A stretch of DNA of 64,000 nt from Squalus acanthias. Its lineage: Eukaryota. The DNA lies in NCBI GenBank assembly GCA_030390025.1, contig CM059433.1, forward strand, positions 17,300,001 to 17,364,000, read 5' to 3'. Of this stretch, positions 37,179-48,361 are shown in pieces. The notes below the pieces were generated by a model. It was not told the DNA's origin and searched no databases. It saw only the letters and a program-made list of their open reading frames with translations. Position numbers and translations under genes: made by a program. Position 1 is the stretch's first letter. Every line of letters begins with the position of its first letter.

Positions 37179-37845
37179 AATCTTTTTCCTTTTACATGTA
37201 TTGGTATGTTGCTGTGGTTTGTACTTGGAAGCCGAGATTGCACTAAGTTTTAATTTCAGTTGGTATTTAAATACTATTTCACATTTAGGACATATACAGT
37301 AGCAAGCATATTTCGTCACAGGGTGCTGTGCTGATTGAGAGCATCCACAGAGTTAGCTGCGAAAAATAGCTATTAAGGTCAATAGTTGTTGAGGTCATTG
37401 ATACTGTGTCAGTAATTATATTGTTCCACATGTATGCAGGTATTGGGGGAGGAAGTTGAAGAGGGATGTTTACATTGACACAAGCACATGGACTGGAGTG
37501 AAATGATGATATTCCATTCGCAGGTGGCATGATGATGCCATCATTGACCTTAACTTATGCATTTGACCATTTTTTCTGTACTGGTTGAAGCAACACAGCA
37601 AACCGACTGCTTAAAACATGTGCCATTAGCACTGCTGTCACTGGCAAAACATGCTTCATTAGCATTCCGTGTTCTGTAAGATTGGTTTTGTGACTATATA
37701 ATTTGTTCCAGCAATTTTCTTGTAATTTGCTGTTCTTATTTAAAAAAAATCCGACACCACAATTGTCCCACTTACAATTCCAGGACTCCTACAAATCTTG
37801 TGGCATACTGTGTATTGAAACAGGAACAGAAAGGAAAATATCGTC

Positions 37846-38424
37846 CAGACCCCATCACTTACACCATCCGCGCTTATCCGGGCAGCTGGCTATAACGGGC
37901 AAAGGGCGGGTTACAAAGGCAGCGCTTAAACCGTATTAAGCATAGCGACTATTTCAGCAGTTCAAGCAGAATAATTATTTTATCTCATTAAAGTGCGATT
38001 ACTATTAAGTCCTTTTCCTGGTTCTTGGTGACACTTTCACGATTGCATTATTTTAAGGACAAGAGAAGAAAATGGCTGTAATTAGAACTGCTGTTACTCA
38101 ATTCATATATGCAATGTCAGCCCTGCTGCCTCCAGTCCTCCGAGGGCTGCTGCACCTCCTGCGGGCACCTCTTGCCCACTTGTTGAGCTCCTCATTGTTG
38201 CGGGGGAACGGGGTGAAGGCCGACTTCGTGTGGTCCCGCTCGCCATTATGCTTGCCAGCTCCCGGATCTCGGCCACCAGGTACTCGGGGGGGGCCCCCCA
38301 GACCCTGGCTCTTTCACCAGGGCTTTGGAAGGAGGCGAGTACTTTATTGCACCAAAATACACCACCTTACATTTTTTGGTTACAGCGTTCGCCACGGGCA
38401 AATCGCTATAAGCGATGGGGACTG
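37846..38424. mobile_element. Non-autonomous Tigger/pogo-like element
   Basis: Left CAGACCCCATCACTTACA vs right reverse complement CAGTCCCCATCGCTTATA, followed by TA; shares CTCATTAA.GTGC.ATTAC with about 32520. Confidence 0.55.
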
Positions 38425-38455
38425 TACCTAAAACAGCAACCAAAAACAAAACAAG

Positions 38456-39213
38456 GGCCCATATTTTGCTGTCAAAGTAACAGTGAGGCTAATGGCGCTC
38501 GCCGTTATTTATGCGCAAATGCGCGATTAAACACGGAAATCCAAAAGTTTGCTGTCCAAGATGCGCTGTCACTCCACTGTTAGCTTCGCGAAAACTGCAT
38601 CTCGCTGTCTGCCTCACCATTGACGTGCATTGAACGGTGTGAAATTGCGGTGGTATTTGTATGGTAGATGCGAACTAAACTCACCACAGAATGTTAAGTC
38701 TTGTCCATTTTAATCTAAGTACCCTTTTAACGACATGATAAGTCTTAATTACTGCCAGTCAACCTCTATGGCACAGAAAATTAACTCCAAGTTCCAAGTG
38801 TGGAGTCTCATTCCTTCAGGTTTTAATGGTTGTTGGAGATTTGAAAAATGTCAAATTTTAAATAAAATTTTCTTTTTTCTTTTTCTTTTCTGTCTTCTTT
38901 CTCTCTCTCTCTCTCTTAATCCAAACTTTTTTTTCCCTCTCTTTATTTCTCTTTCTGTAACTGATTTGACATTGAACTCACTCACTCTAAGTTACACTTC
39001 CTTCTCAGTCCTTGCGCTGTTAATTTCACAATCCTTGAATCTGATTGGTTAAGGAGATACGCAGTTGCTTGCCCTGTTTCCCTCACTGCGACATTATCAG
39101 CTCGCACTTTCAGCAACTTGCTGTGAAATTTTAAAAAAAAATCTAAACGTGCAAGGACTACTCGAACTAACAGCAAATACAGCTACATGCCCTACCACAG
39201 CAAATTATGGCCC
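38456..39213. mobile_element. Harbinger-type MITE (family B), TSD AAG
   Basis: Colinear with 35426-36173; AAG at 38453-38455 and 39214-39216. Confidence 0.85.
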
Positions 39214-39414
39214 AAGAAATTCACTGCATTCCGTGAAATAATCGATAATTCTTCCTTAAGTTACGACAGTAATCCAATTTTGGGATTCAAATGACAAAAC
39301 ATGTGCCACTCAAGCCTGGTTTTGGTTATTTATGATGCTGTTTGAACGCCTCCATTGGATTACTGCTTTTACATTTAACAAAAAATATCCATTACCATTA
39401 ACTCATTGCACTTT

Positions 39415-40700
39415 CAATGTTTGAACCCCTCCAATCAGGTTTCCGCCCCTGTCTCAGTACTGAAACGGCCCTTATCAAAGTAAGAAATGACATCCTATGT
39501 GACTGTGATTGTGGTAACCTATCCCTCCTCGACCTGTCTGCAACCTTTGACACATTTGACCACACCATCCTCCTCCACGTCTCTCCTCCGTCATCGACCT
39601 GGATAGGACTGGATTCGTCTGGTTCCATTCTTATCTATCCAGTTGCAGACAGAGAATTACCTGCAATGGCTTCTCTTCCCGCTCCCGCACCCTTACCTCT
39701 GGAATCCCCCAAGGATCTATCCTTGGCCCCCTCCTATTCATCTACATGCTGCCCCTTGGCGACATCATCCAAAAACACGTCAGGTTCCACGTGTATGCTG
39801 ACGACACCCAGCTCTACCTCACCACCACCTCTCTCGACCCCACCATTGTCTCTAATTTGTCACACTGCTTTTCCAACATCCAGTAGTGGATGAGCAGAAA
39901 TTTCCTCCAACTAATTATTGGTCCCCACCACAAACTCCATTCCCTAGCCACCGACTCCATCCCTCTCCTTATCATCTGTCTGAGGCTGAACCAGACCGTT
40001 CGCAACCTTGGTTTCTTATTTAAACCCGAGATGAGCTTCCGACCACATATCCACGCCATCACCAAGACCGCCTACTTCCACCTCTGTAACGCCTCCCGAC
40101 TCCACCCCTGCCTCAGCTCTTCTGTTGCTGAAACCCTCATCCATGCCTTTGTTACCTCTAGACTTGACTATTCCAACGCTCCTCTGCCCGGCCTCCCATC
40201 TTCCCCCTCCATAAACTTGAGCTCATCCAAATCTCTGCTATTCGTATCCTAACTCGCACCAAGTCCTGTTCACCCATCACCCCTGTGCTCGCTGACCATT
40301 TTAAAATTGTCATCCATGTTTTCAAATCCCTCCATGGCCTCGCCCCTCCCTATCTCTGTAACCTCCTCCAGCCCTACAACCCTCCGAGATCCCTGCACTC
40401 CTCCAAATCTGGCCTCTTGCGCATCACCGATGTTAATCGCTCCACCATTGGCGGCCGTGCCTTCAGCTGCCTTGGCCCTAAGCTCTGGAATTCCCTCCCT
40501 AAACCCCTCTGCCTTTCTACCTCTCTCTCCTCCTTTAAGACGCTCCTTAAATCTTAGCTCTTTGACCAAGCTTTTGGTTATCCACCCTAATGTCTCCTTT
40601 TGTGGCTCGGTGTCAAATTTTGTTTGATAACTCTCCTGTGAAGCGCCTTGGGATGTTTTACTACGTTAAATGCACTATAGAAATGCAAGTTGTTGTTGTT
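39415..40700 (+). mobile_element. 5'-truncated decayed L2 LINE
   Basis: [40 protein letters not shown]; (TTG)n tail. Confidence 0.92.
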
Positions 40701-42175
40701 ATTTTGGCAAACACACTAATTTTATCAATTGAAATTGAAATTTCACAATCAAGAACACTCACCTGTTCTTTCTGTTACATCTGGCATCAACGCTTGATAC
40801 TTTTCGATCTGGATTAACCTGAGAACTGTAGCTCGTCCAGAAATGCTCCATTAACCCTTTAATGATTGATGATGTTTGTTTTTTTGATGCACCATTAGCT
40901 TATTAAAATGATGGCACATTTAAATAATTCACTTAACAGCACTGCTCCGCACTATGTTGTGAAGAAATGCAGTTAAATTTTATTTTCGCCACGTGGGGCC
41001 CTGTTTGGTTTTTGCCTACTGACTATATCGTAGACAGGTTTCTCTCATTAAAATGGTCCCAGGTGAGACCCGCATTATCAAGTTGCTGTATGCTATTTCT
41101 AAGTAATTTGAATATTATCCCCCATTTGGGAGCAGTGTCACTGGTTGACATGTCCACAAGAAAGTCAGCAAGAATAAAGCAAACCTTTGCCGACCAAAGA
41201 GTGGAAAAGAATGAAATGTTCCAAAAGGTATTTCTCCAAGATACAGCTGTCAGCTGTACACAGTTCGCAAGATTCTTTTTTGTAAGTAAGATATCGCCAA
41301 GTTTAATTTGTTTAACTTCGAATCGAGTTAACAGAAAAATATTACAGAATTGAAGATTAGTTTTGAGGAGCTATGTAAAAAAGTTGACTTTCCCAGCACG
41401 CACTGGGAATCTCTATCTGTCAGCCGCACATGAGCGGGCATTCTGTATGCGATTTTTCTGTCCGCTGATTTTACTGATTGGAAAAAGCATGGGCAGTGTG
41501 CCCATGATTGCAGCTGTCGAGCATGGCTTCCCGCTGGCAGTGTGTGCTTGGAACATCTGCACTAAAATGCCCATCACTCAAACTGTCAAAAGTACCAAAC
41601 TGTCAAAAAATCCATGAAATCGAACCAAAAATAAGATTTTAATTTGCATCCAATTAATGTCCCTTCACTGGTGCTGTAAAAAGATCAACGGCAATTTTAT
41701 TCTTGGACTGTAAAAGTGATTTTGAGGGAGCTTGGCAATGGAGTGGTAGAATTTTTCGATTCCTGCACGTGCTATACTAACCCTTTGGCCTAGGAATCCA
41801 ATAAAGGCTGAAAACGGGCGGTGCCACCACGGGGCGAGGTTAACTCGCGCCCGTAAAAAGAGCACAAACGGCACCGTTATTTTAGTGCTGCCTGCTGATT
41901 TGAATGATCGCAGCAGAAACCTACTGTGCAACGCGTTGCTTCAGGTTGTGCGCTCAGCAGAAGGCCCAATATAGCGTGGCCGTAGCCTCCCTGGAGCGAG
42001 GCAGTGTTTCCTTAAAGCTAGGCTGTCACTTTTTGAAAGCAGTCTCGAGCCGATAAAGGGGAACTGCCTTCTAAAAATAAAAAAATAAATCATTTAAAAA
42101 TAGACAGTCTTTAGCTCTTACAGCTCAACTGCCTTCTAAAAAAAAATGGTAAAGCCTGCTTCAGCACGAACACAA

Positions 42176-42407
42176 ATGGCTCAACAGGCCAGGGAAAGGA
42201 CACCCAGGATCTCACACGCCGCACTCCAGTTTCGTGCAGGGGGTCAGCATTGCAAGAGAGGTCCTCTACCCACAGGGGCCAGGAGACCCTCCAGAAAGAA
42301 GGATGTGGAACCAGATCACCGAGGCCGTCACTGCCAGCAGTGTCCCCTCCCCAACGACCTTGCTCCAGTGCCCAAAGAAGCTTCATGACCTCACACCAGT
42401 GGTCAAG
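42176..42407 (+). pseudogene. Harbinger Myb/SANT-like DNA-binding protein, first exon (frameshifted)
   Basis: MAQQARERTPRISHAAL / VQGVSIAREVLYP...WNQITEAV...LLQCPKKLHDL, followed by donor AAG|GTCAGT. Confidence 0.75.
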
Positions 42408-43038
42408 GTCAGTGAATGCATCTTCAAAAGCCGTCTGTTACCAACGGCACCACTATCCTCACACACTGCTCAATGCACGAAGCCCACCATCCCCCACTCC
42501 CCCCCCATCACTCACCTACCAACAATCTCTACCAAACATGATGCACACCTCACATTCCTAGCTTCACCTCACCCCCTTGGAGGAAACAGTGCTGACCAAT
42601 CTTGGCAGGGGCATGGCTGAGCCCTTGGCCAGCGGCGGGGCTGAAAGAATACGAGATGCTGGTATCCTCATACGTTATCCTCCTTCTCACATCCCACCTC
42701 CTCCTCATCCCACAATCTCTTCTGATGTACAAGCTGCGCATGGTGTAAGCATGCAGCTTTTGCTTTCCCACCCTCCCCTCACCACAACCCTACCCCTGTG
42801 CCTTCTTCATTTTAGACACCCAAGAAATCCATCCTGCCCAGCCAGTGGTTGACCAAGAAGAGAGAAGGAGAGTGAAGAAGAAGAAGAAGAAGAAACACCG
42901 TCACTCGATTTGACACTCCCAGCCACCAGCTCCTCAAGGTCGTCCTGCAAGGCCATCTGCAGTGTCCCGCAGTGTCAGCAGCCTTCCACCAGCCATGCTG
43001 CAGCCACTGCGGTAGCACTGTGTGACATCAGTAGGATA

Positions 43039-43169
43039 AAAATGAGAAGTCGCACAACACCAGGTTATAGTCCAACAGTTTTCAAATAAAACTGTTGGAC
43101 TATAACCTGGTGTTGTGCGACTTCTCATTTTTGTCCACCCCAGTCCAACACCGGCATCTCCGCATCATG
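43039..43169. mobile_element. Penelope-like fold-back insert (family P2), 12-bp TSD ATCAGTAGGATA
   Basis: Perfect 45-bp inverted repeat 43038-43082 / 43088-43132; TSD at 43027-43038 and 43170-43181. Confidence 0.85.
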
Positions 43170-43596
43170 ATCAGTAGGATAGGCAAAGGCAGACGCAAGA
43201 CAGTCACATAAGGAAATGCGCAAGGGTGATTAGTTGAATTTTTGATGTAACGTTGGATGCCTATATGGATAAAGTTGGATTGGAAAGTTTGCTTTGTGGT
43301 GGCTTTTATTTCAGCATTGTGTTCAAGAGGACACTGTGATGGTCAGTAACAGAGGGGAGGTAAGGTGTGGGACAAATGTTGAAAGGAGAATTGGGTTGTG
43401 GTCACTGGTACCGCAGGCGGATGATTCCATCCTGGATATTCCGGCCAGAAAGGGGCTGTCTGGATTGCCTCCTTCCTTCCGCTTCCTCCTCTCTGCGTCT
43501 TCCTCTTCCCTCTGCGAGCAGCTTGTCCACTTTGCTGCCTCTGCTTCATCTCCATGTGCCCCCCAGGACTGTGAGCAAGTGGTCTTCTCAGAGGCA

Positions 43597-43725
43597 AAAT
43601 ACTACAGATGCTGGAAATCTGAAATAAAAGCAGAAAATGCTGCAAATACTCAGCAGGTCAGGCTGCATCTCAGCCTGAAATGTTAACTCTGTTGCTTTCT
43701 CCACAGTATTTCCAGCATTTTCTGA
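43597..43725. mobile_element. Penelope-like fold-back insert (family P1), 13-bp TSD CTTCTCAGAGGCA
   Basis: TSD at 43584-43596 and 43726-43738; inverted then direct pseudo-LTR pieces. Confidence 0.85.
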
Positions 43726-44309
43726 CTTCTCAGAGGCATTCCTTTACCATCTAAAGCCTTGCAAGCGTCCAGCAGCACTCCCTGCACACTTCAACAACTT
43801 TTTAAATGTATTGCTCCAAGCCACTACTTAAATAAAATAATTTTAAAAAGTCCAAAAGCTGAAATCCAAACTAACCTGAAAGATGTGTGTGTCCCTTTAA
43901 GAATGCTGACAGCGTCTCTGCAGGGCTGATACAGGCACGTTCGTCCACGCGTAGTTTGGAGAGGGCGTTATGGTGTGCGGCGACGTCAAAAATAGTATTC
44001 GTGGCCTCAAATCAGGCGTTGCATGGCGATTGACATCACGATCTGGTCATTTAAATTTGAGAGGCCAGCGCTGGTAACGGCAGTGCTATGGCCCTCACCA
44101 CTGTGTCTGGCACCGGAAGTGAGGTGGCCGACATTTTTTTGAAGAAATACAGCGCAGACATGTGGTGTTAAGGTCGGGAATTTCTAGGCCTTTATCTTCA
44201 ACAGGACGCCTTTCTTTAATGCCTTCCTCCTCCTCCCCACTTCAATTTTCTCTACTCTTCAAGGTGCTAACTTGTTTCAAAGATACCCTCTATAGCTCCT
44301 TATCTAAGT

Positions 44310-44600
44310 GGCAGTCCTCGTGTGTGGGTCCAGACTGTAAGTACAAGCAGCCTAATCCAATCCCACACTCACCCAGCATCCACAGACATGCACTTTCCAG
44401 CAGAGGTCACTGGATACCAATCAGCAAAGGGTGACTTTATTTCTCCTTCCATATGCCTGGGCTCTGAAACTCATTGTAGGGCCCCTCCCTCTGTCCTGGC
44501 TATCCGCTAACTCAGTACAGACAGAGAATTGAAACTAGAACTTTTATAGTGTGGATAACATGAATTCCACACTGTACAGTGCACATAACAATTGAGTTAT
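44310..44600 (-). mobile_element. Decayed tRNA-derived SINE
   Basis: Head on the minus strand (CTAGTTTCAATTCTCTGTCTGTACTGAGTTAGC) resembles 25537-25650. Confidence 0.4.
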
Positions 44601-44754
44601 TGATTGAGCTCAAACACTCATTTTTGACTAAAATGGCAGCCTTTTAAACATGATTTCTTGGTCAGGGCATGCGATTAATTGATTCTTAAAAACTGTGTCT
44701 ATACAGTGTCATCCTGGATTCAACTTTATTTTTTTAATTAAAATCCCAATCTTT

Positions 44755-44916
44755 TTAGGGTAATTAAGGAAGATAGCGTACTTTTGGGGAAAAAATTTGC
44801 TGGGCTATGGGGAAAGGGCAGGGGTGTGGAACTAATTAGGTCGCTCTTTCAAAGAGCTGGCACAGGCATGATGGGCCGAATGGCCTCCTTCTGTGCTGTA
44901 TCATTCTCTGATTCTG
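44755..44916 (+). mobile_element. CR1 3' end fragment
   Basis: Same 3'UTR type as 3700-3845; tail CATTCTCTGATTCTG. Confidence 0.85.
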
Positions 44917-45101
44917 TAATACTTATCAGCTCATTAACCTTTACATTGCCAGTTATATGAATTTACATTGCAAATCACAAGATATGAATGTGGTTGTCTT
45001 ATATACTAATTTGGAACATTCACACCTCTTTTCTTGTGCGCCAAGACTCTCCGAGAATTTGAGATTTGCCGGACAGCTGACAACAATTGGTTACATCAAC
45101 A

Positions 45102-45315
45102 CAAACACAAAAGGAAAATACTGCGGTTGCTGGAAATCTGAAATAGAAACAGAAAATGCTGGAAATACTCAGCAGGTGAGGCAGCATCTGTGGAGAGAGA
45201 AACAGAATTAACGTTTCAGGTCGATGACCCTTCGTCCGAATGTTCTGATGAAAGGTCATCGACCTGAAACCAAAACTCTGGTGCTTGACCTGCTGAGTAT
45301 TGCCAGCGTTTTCTG
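45102..45315. mobile_element. Penelope-like fold-back insert (family P1); both hammerhead copies mutated
   Basis: Minus arm core is CGGACGA; plus arm has lost GUU; degenerate TSD TGGTTACATCAACA / TGGTGATATCAGCA. Confidence 0.85.
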
Positions 45316-45338
45316 TGGTGATATCAGCAAGTATCTTC

Positions 45339-47461
45339 GGGGGGAATTTTTCGGGGGGGGTCAGCGGGCGCGTTCGGTGGCGGGTCGTGTGCGCCTTTCC
45401 CAGATGTCGGGTCTGTCAGCGCTGAACAGACCCGACACGCAGCGGCAGGGAAGGCAATTGATCATTATGACCTTGTTAGCAGCCCATTAAGAAGTATTTT
45501 GAGCTCACTTTTACATTTTACGAGGTCGCCCACAGGGTCCTAGCTGCTCGGGGATCATGTCAGGTAAGCAGGTCGGGAGTTGTATGACCATGGAATCATC
45601 TCATTACTTGACTATAAAAGCTCCCATCTCACAGCTGTTCACTTTCCAAGCTAAGAAGCTGTTGCTTACTGCATTTGGAAGACAGATTGAGCTTTATGCA
45701 GGTTGCAAGTGTTTGGAATAAACTATCTATCCAGTGTCACCTCATTGGAAGAACCTCTCTCATCATTGACAGATCGCTTCTGTCATCTCAAGTTCACCTG
45801 TCTTCTATTATATCAGCCCTTGAAACTATCTCACCTTGGTCCTCAGAATCCCACCATGATCGGCCCCAACACCAGCAGCACCAACAACAACACCAACCTT
45901 CTCCGCAATCAACTGTTGCTGCACAGGACACAGGGCATCAGCACCCGACCACATTGCTGCCCGGGAGGCCAGGGATGGCTTCATCATGGCCAGATTTACT
46001 TCGCTTAACACTGTGCACCCTGGCTGCCACATGATGCGCCAGGTTGGCACCACCCCACACCAACACCATAAAGCATCCCTACAATGCCCAAGCCATTCCT
46101 TTCACACTCATCACCATTGCGGGGGGTACCGTTATGTCTCACCATTCACTGCAACTCACTAAGCCACTTCCAAAGGTGCACACAGATCTGTCCAAGAACG
46201 CAAAGTGTTGAAAATATAGGTTTCAATGTTTGACACCACATTAACAGAAACTTTACATGAACATTGGCTAAAACACCCAAATGCCTACCCTTGTGTGTTG
46301 TTAGTTGGTTTGATTGGACTAGGATGAGGGTGAGTGTGAGGGGTGGCTAGTGAGATGGGGAAGTGATAATGTAGATAGAGAGGGATGGATGGAGGTGCAA
46401 GGTAAGTTGGTGTGAGTAAGGATGTGCAGGGGTAGGGTAGGGAAGGCAGAGTGATGTGGATGTGATGAGTGGCACAGCAGGATGAGGTTGAGTGTGGCTT
46501 TGCAGTAACGTTTCGTGATCTACTGAGATCATTGAAAGATTTGTGCCACTGCAGCCTGGTCCTCCTGACGACATCCCTGCTTGTGTCCTCCTCTGCAATG
46601 TGCAACCAGGCTGCGTTGGTCTCCTGGGGAGGTCTCTTCCGTCCATTGGAAGGGAAGAGAACCTCCCTGCCTGCTGTTACTCCCTCCATAAGCATATGGA
46701 GGGAGTAATGGGAGAGCCTGGGTGCAGCTGTGCACCTCTCTGCAGTGCTTGTCAGTGTTTGCAGCACCTCAGTGCTATAGAACACTGACAGCACCACTGT
46801 CAAAATCAATTTGTGCACGGATCCTTTACGGAAACTGGCTGATGACGTGTCATCTAATGATGTCAGCAGACTCGCTTCTTTCACTTGGCCAGCAAACACG
46901 CTGGGCGGGCTTAACAAGCCCAATTAGGGGAAAATCATTTTGGACAGCGGGCTGGAGACAGCAGCGGGGATTTGTCAGCAAAGATCGGTTGCCGGAGGAG
47001 CAGGGGGGCAGGAAGGCCTCGTGGTGAGGATCGGAGGCCTGGGGAGGTGGGATCGGAGTTCTTGGGGTGGGGGGGCGGGGATTCGAGGCCTCATTGGGGG
47101 GGGTCTCCGATCATGGGGGTGAGTTAGGTAGGGACCCTGGATCCAGGAGCTAGGTCTAAAGGCACTTACCTCCTGGATCCAGCAGTCCTCGCCTTGCATT
47201 AGCTGGCGGGTTTCACGAGGCTTGTATAACCTGACCAGCTAAAGTTAAATACAAAATGGAGGTTAAAGCAGAGGCTTCCAGCCTCAATGTAATATTTAAA
47301 TAGACGACCCCCCTCCTGCGAGCGGATTGGCTGCCCACCTCCATTAAAACCGGAAGAGGGCAGGTTGGAGGCAGGTTCAGGTCGGGATTCAGATTTTTAA
47401 CACTTTAACTACCCACATGCCCCAACCAACCCTTTTTTTTTCTAGGTTAAAATTCCCCCCC
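45339..47461. mobile_element. Deleted, possibly chimeric Harbinger element with a Myb/SANT relic on the minus strand
   Basis: TIR GGGGGGAATTTT / AAAATTCCCCCC; right part matches the 4971 MITE; no matching 3-bp TSD seen. Confidence 0.7.
46500..46745 (-). pseudogene. Harbinger Myb/SANT-like DNA-binding domain relic
   Basis: AAPRLSHYSLHMLMEGVTAGREVLFPSNGRKRPPQETNAAWLHIAEE..SRDVVRRTRLQWHKSFNDL. Confidence 0.75.
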
Positions 47462-48361
47462 GCAATATGACCAGTTTCTCCTCCCACCAGGTGATGAAGA
47501 AATAGGTAATTCCCAGATCTGCTGTGCTGGTCACTTCAGTAACTTAAATATTTGGGAGGTAAAGCAAGGATAGTAAGAGATGAAACTGGCAGTTAGCCTG
47601 GGTTCACACCTCACAAAACATTGTATAGAAATAGGAGGATTACAGATGCTGTGTCGTGTCCAATCTTGGATTTGTACTCAGATGTGCCTGGCTCTGCTTG
47701 ATGGCATTTGACTGCTGTTTTTGCATGTGAATTGTAAATTAACACCTCATTAACACACACTTTCATGGCCTCTACATCAAGTTGTCATCTCTTACTGGTG
47801 CTAATGTTTCTCATTGCCCTGACATATGAGACGATGGTGTGGTAGTTGGCTGATTTGCTGTCCAGGCAATGCCTACATCGATCTTGCACTGTTCAACTTC
47901 CTTCATAATCAGAGAGCATTTAATAGAGTGCCAGTTGGCATATCCAATTACCACTTGGTCTTCGACCAAGCGTGTTTCCATTGATGTTTTGACAGAAATA
48001 CCAAGCACAATGTTCAGCTACATGACATGGCAAATTGAAAGCTGGAAATAATGGCTCTACCTGGCATATCATTTAATATACCAGTCAAATGTCCAAGCAG
48101 ATCATATTTTGGGTATCTTTGTGTATATTTTCTGTTTGCCATGTGTTATAGGGGAAATTGGGCACTGATTTTGCATTGCAAATCCGGGTGATTCTAATGA
48201 ACAGTTAAAAATGACTTATTCATCACCAAAGGAATTTCCACTGAATTTTCCCACAATTATCAAAAAACTACACTGTTCCAGTAGGCTTCATGGTGAGTTC
48301 TTTTCAGAAGAAATATTGAACTGTTTTCCCCACTTAAATATTACAATGCAATTAATTGTAG

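Larger units (their letters stand above)
41787..44190. mobile_element. Internally deleted PIF/Harbinger transposon with convergent Myb/SANT (+) and transposase (-) relics, TSD TTT
   Basis: TIR GGCCTAGGAATCC / GAATTTCTAGGCC; TTT on both flanks; Myb relic at 42176-42407; putative transposase C-terminus GRNIQDGIIRLRYQ* ending at 43402. Confidence 0.8.

Noticed and set aside
45195..45285. Two further hammerhead-like motifs
   Set aside because: Core mutated (CGGACGA) on the minus arm and cleavage triplet lost (GAAACCAAA) on the plus arm.
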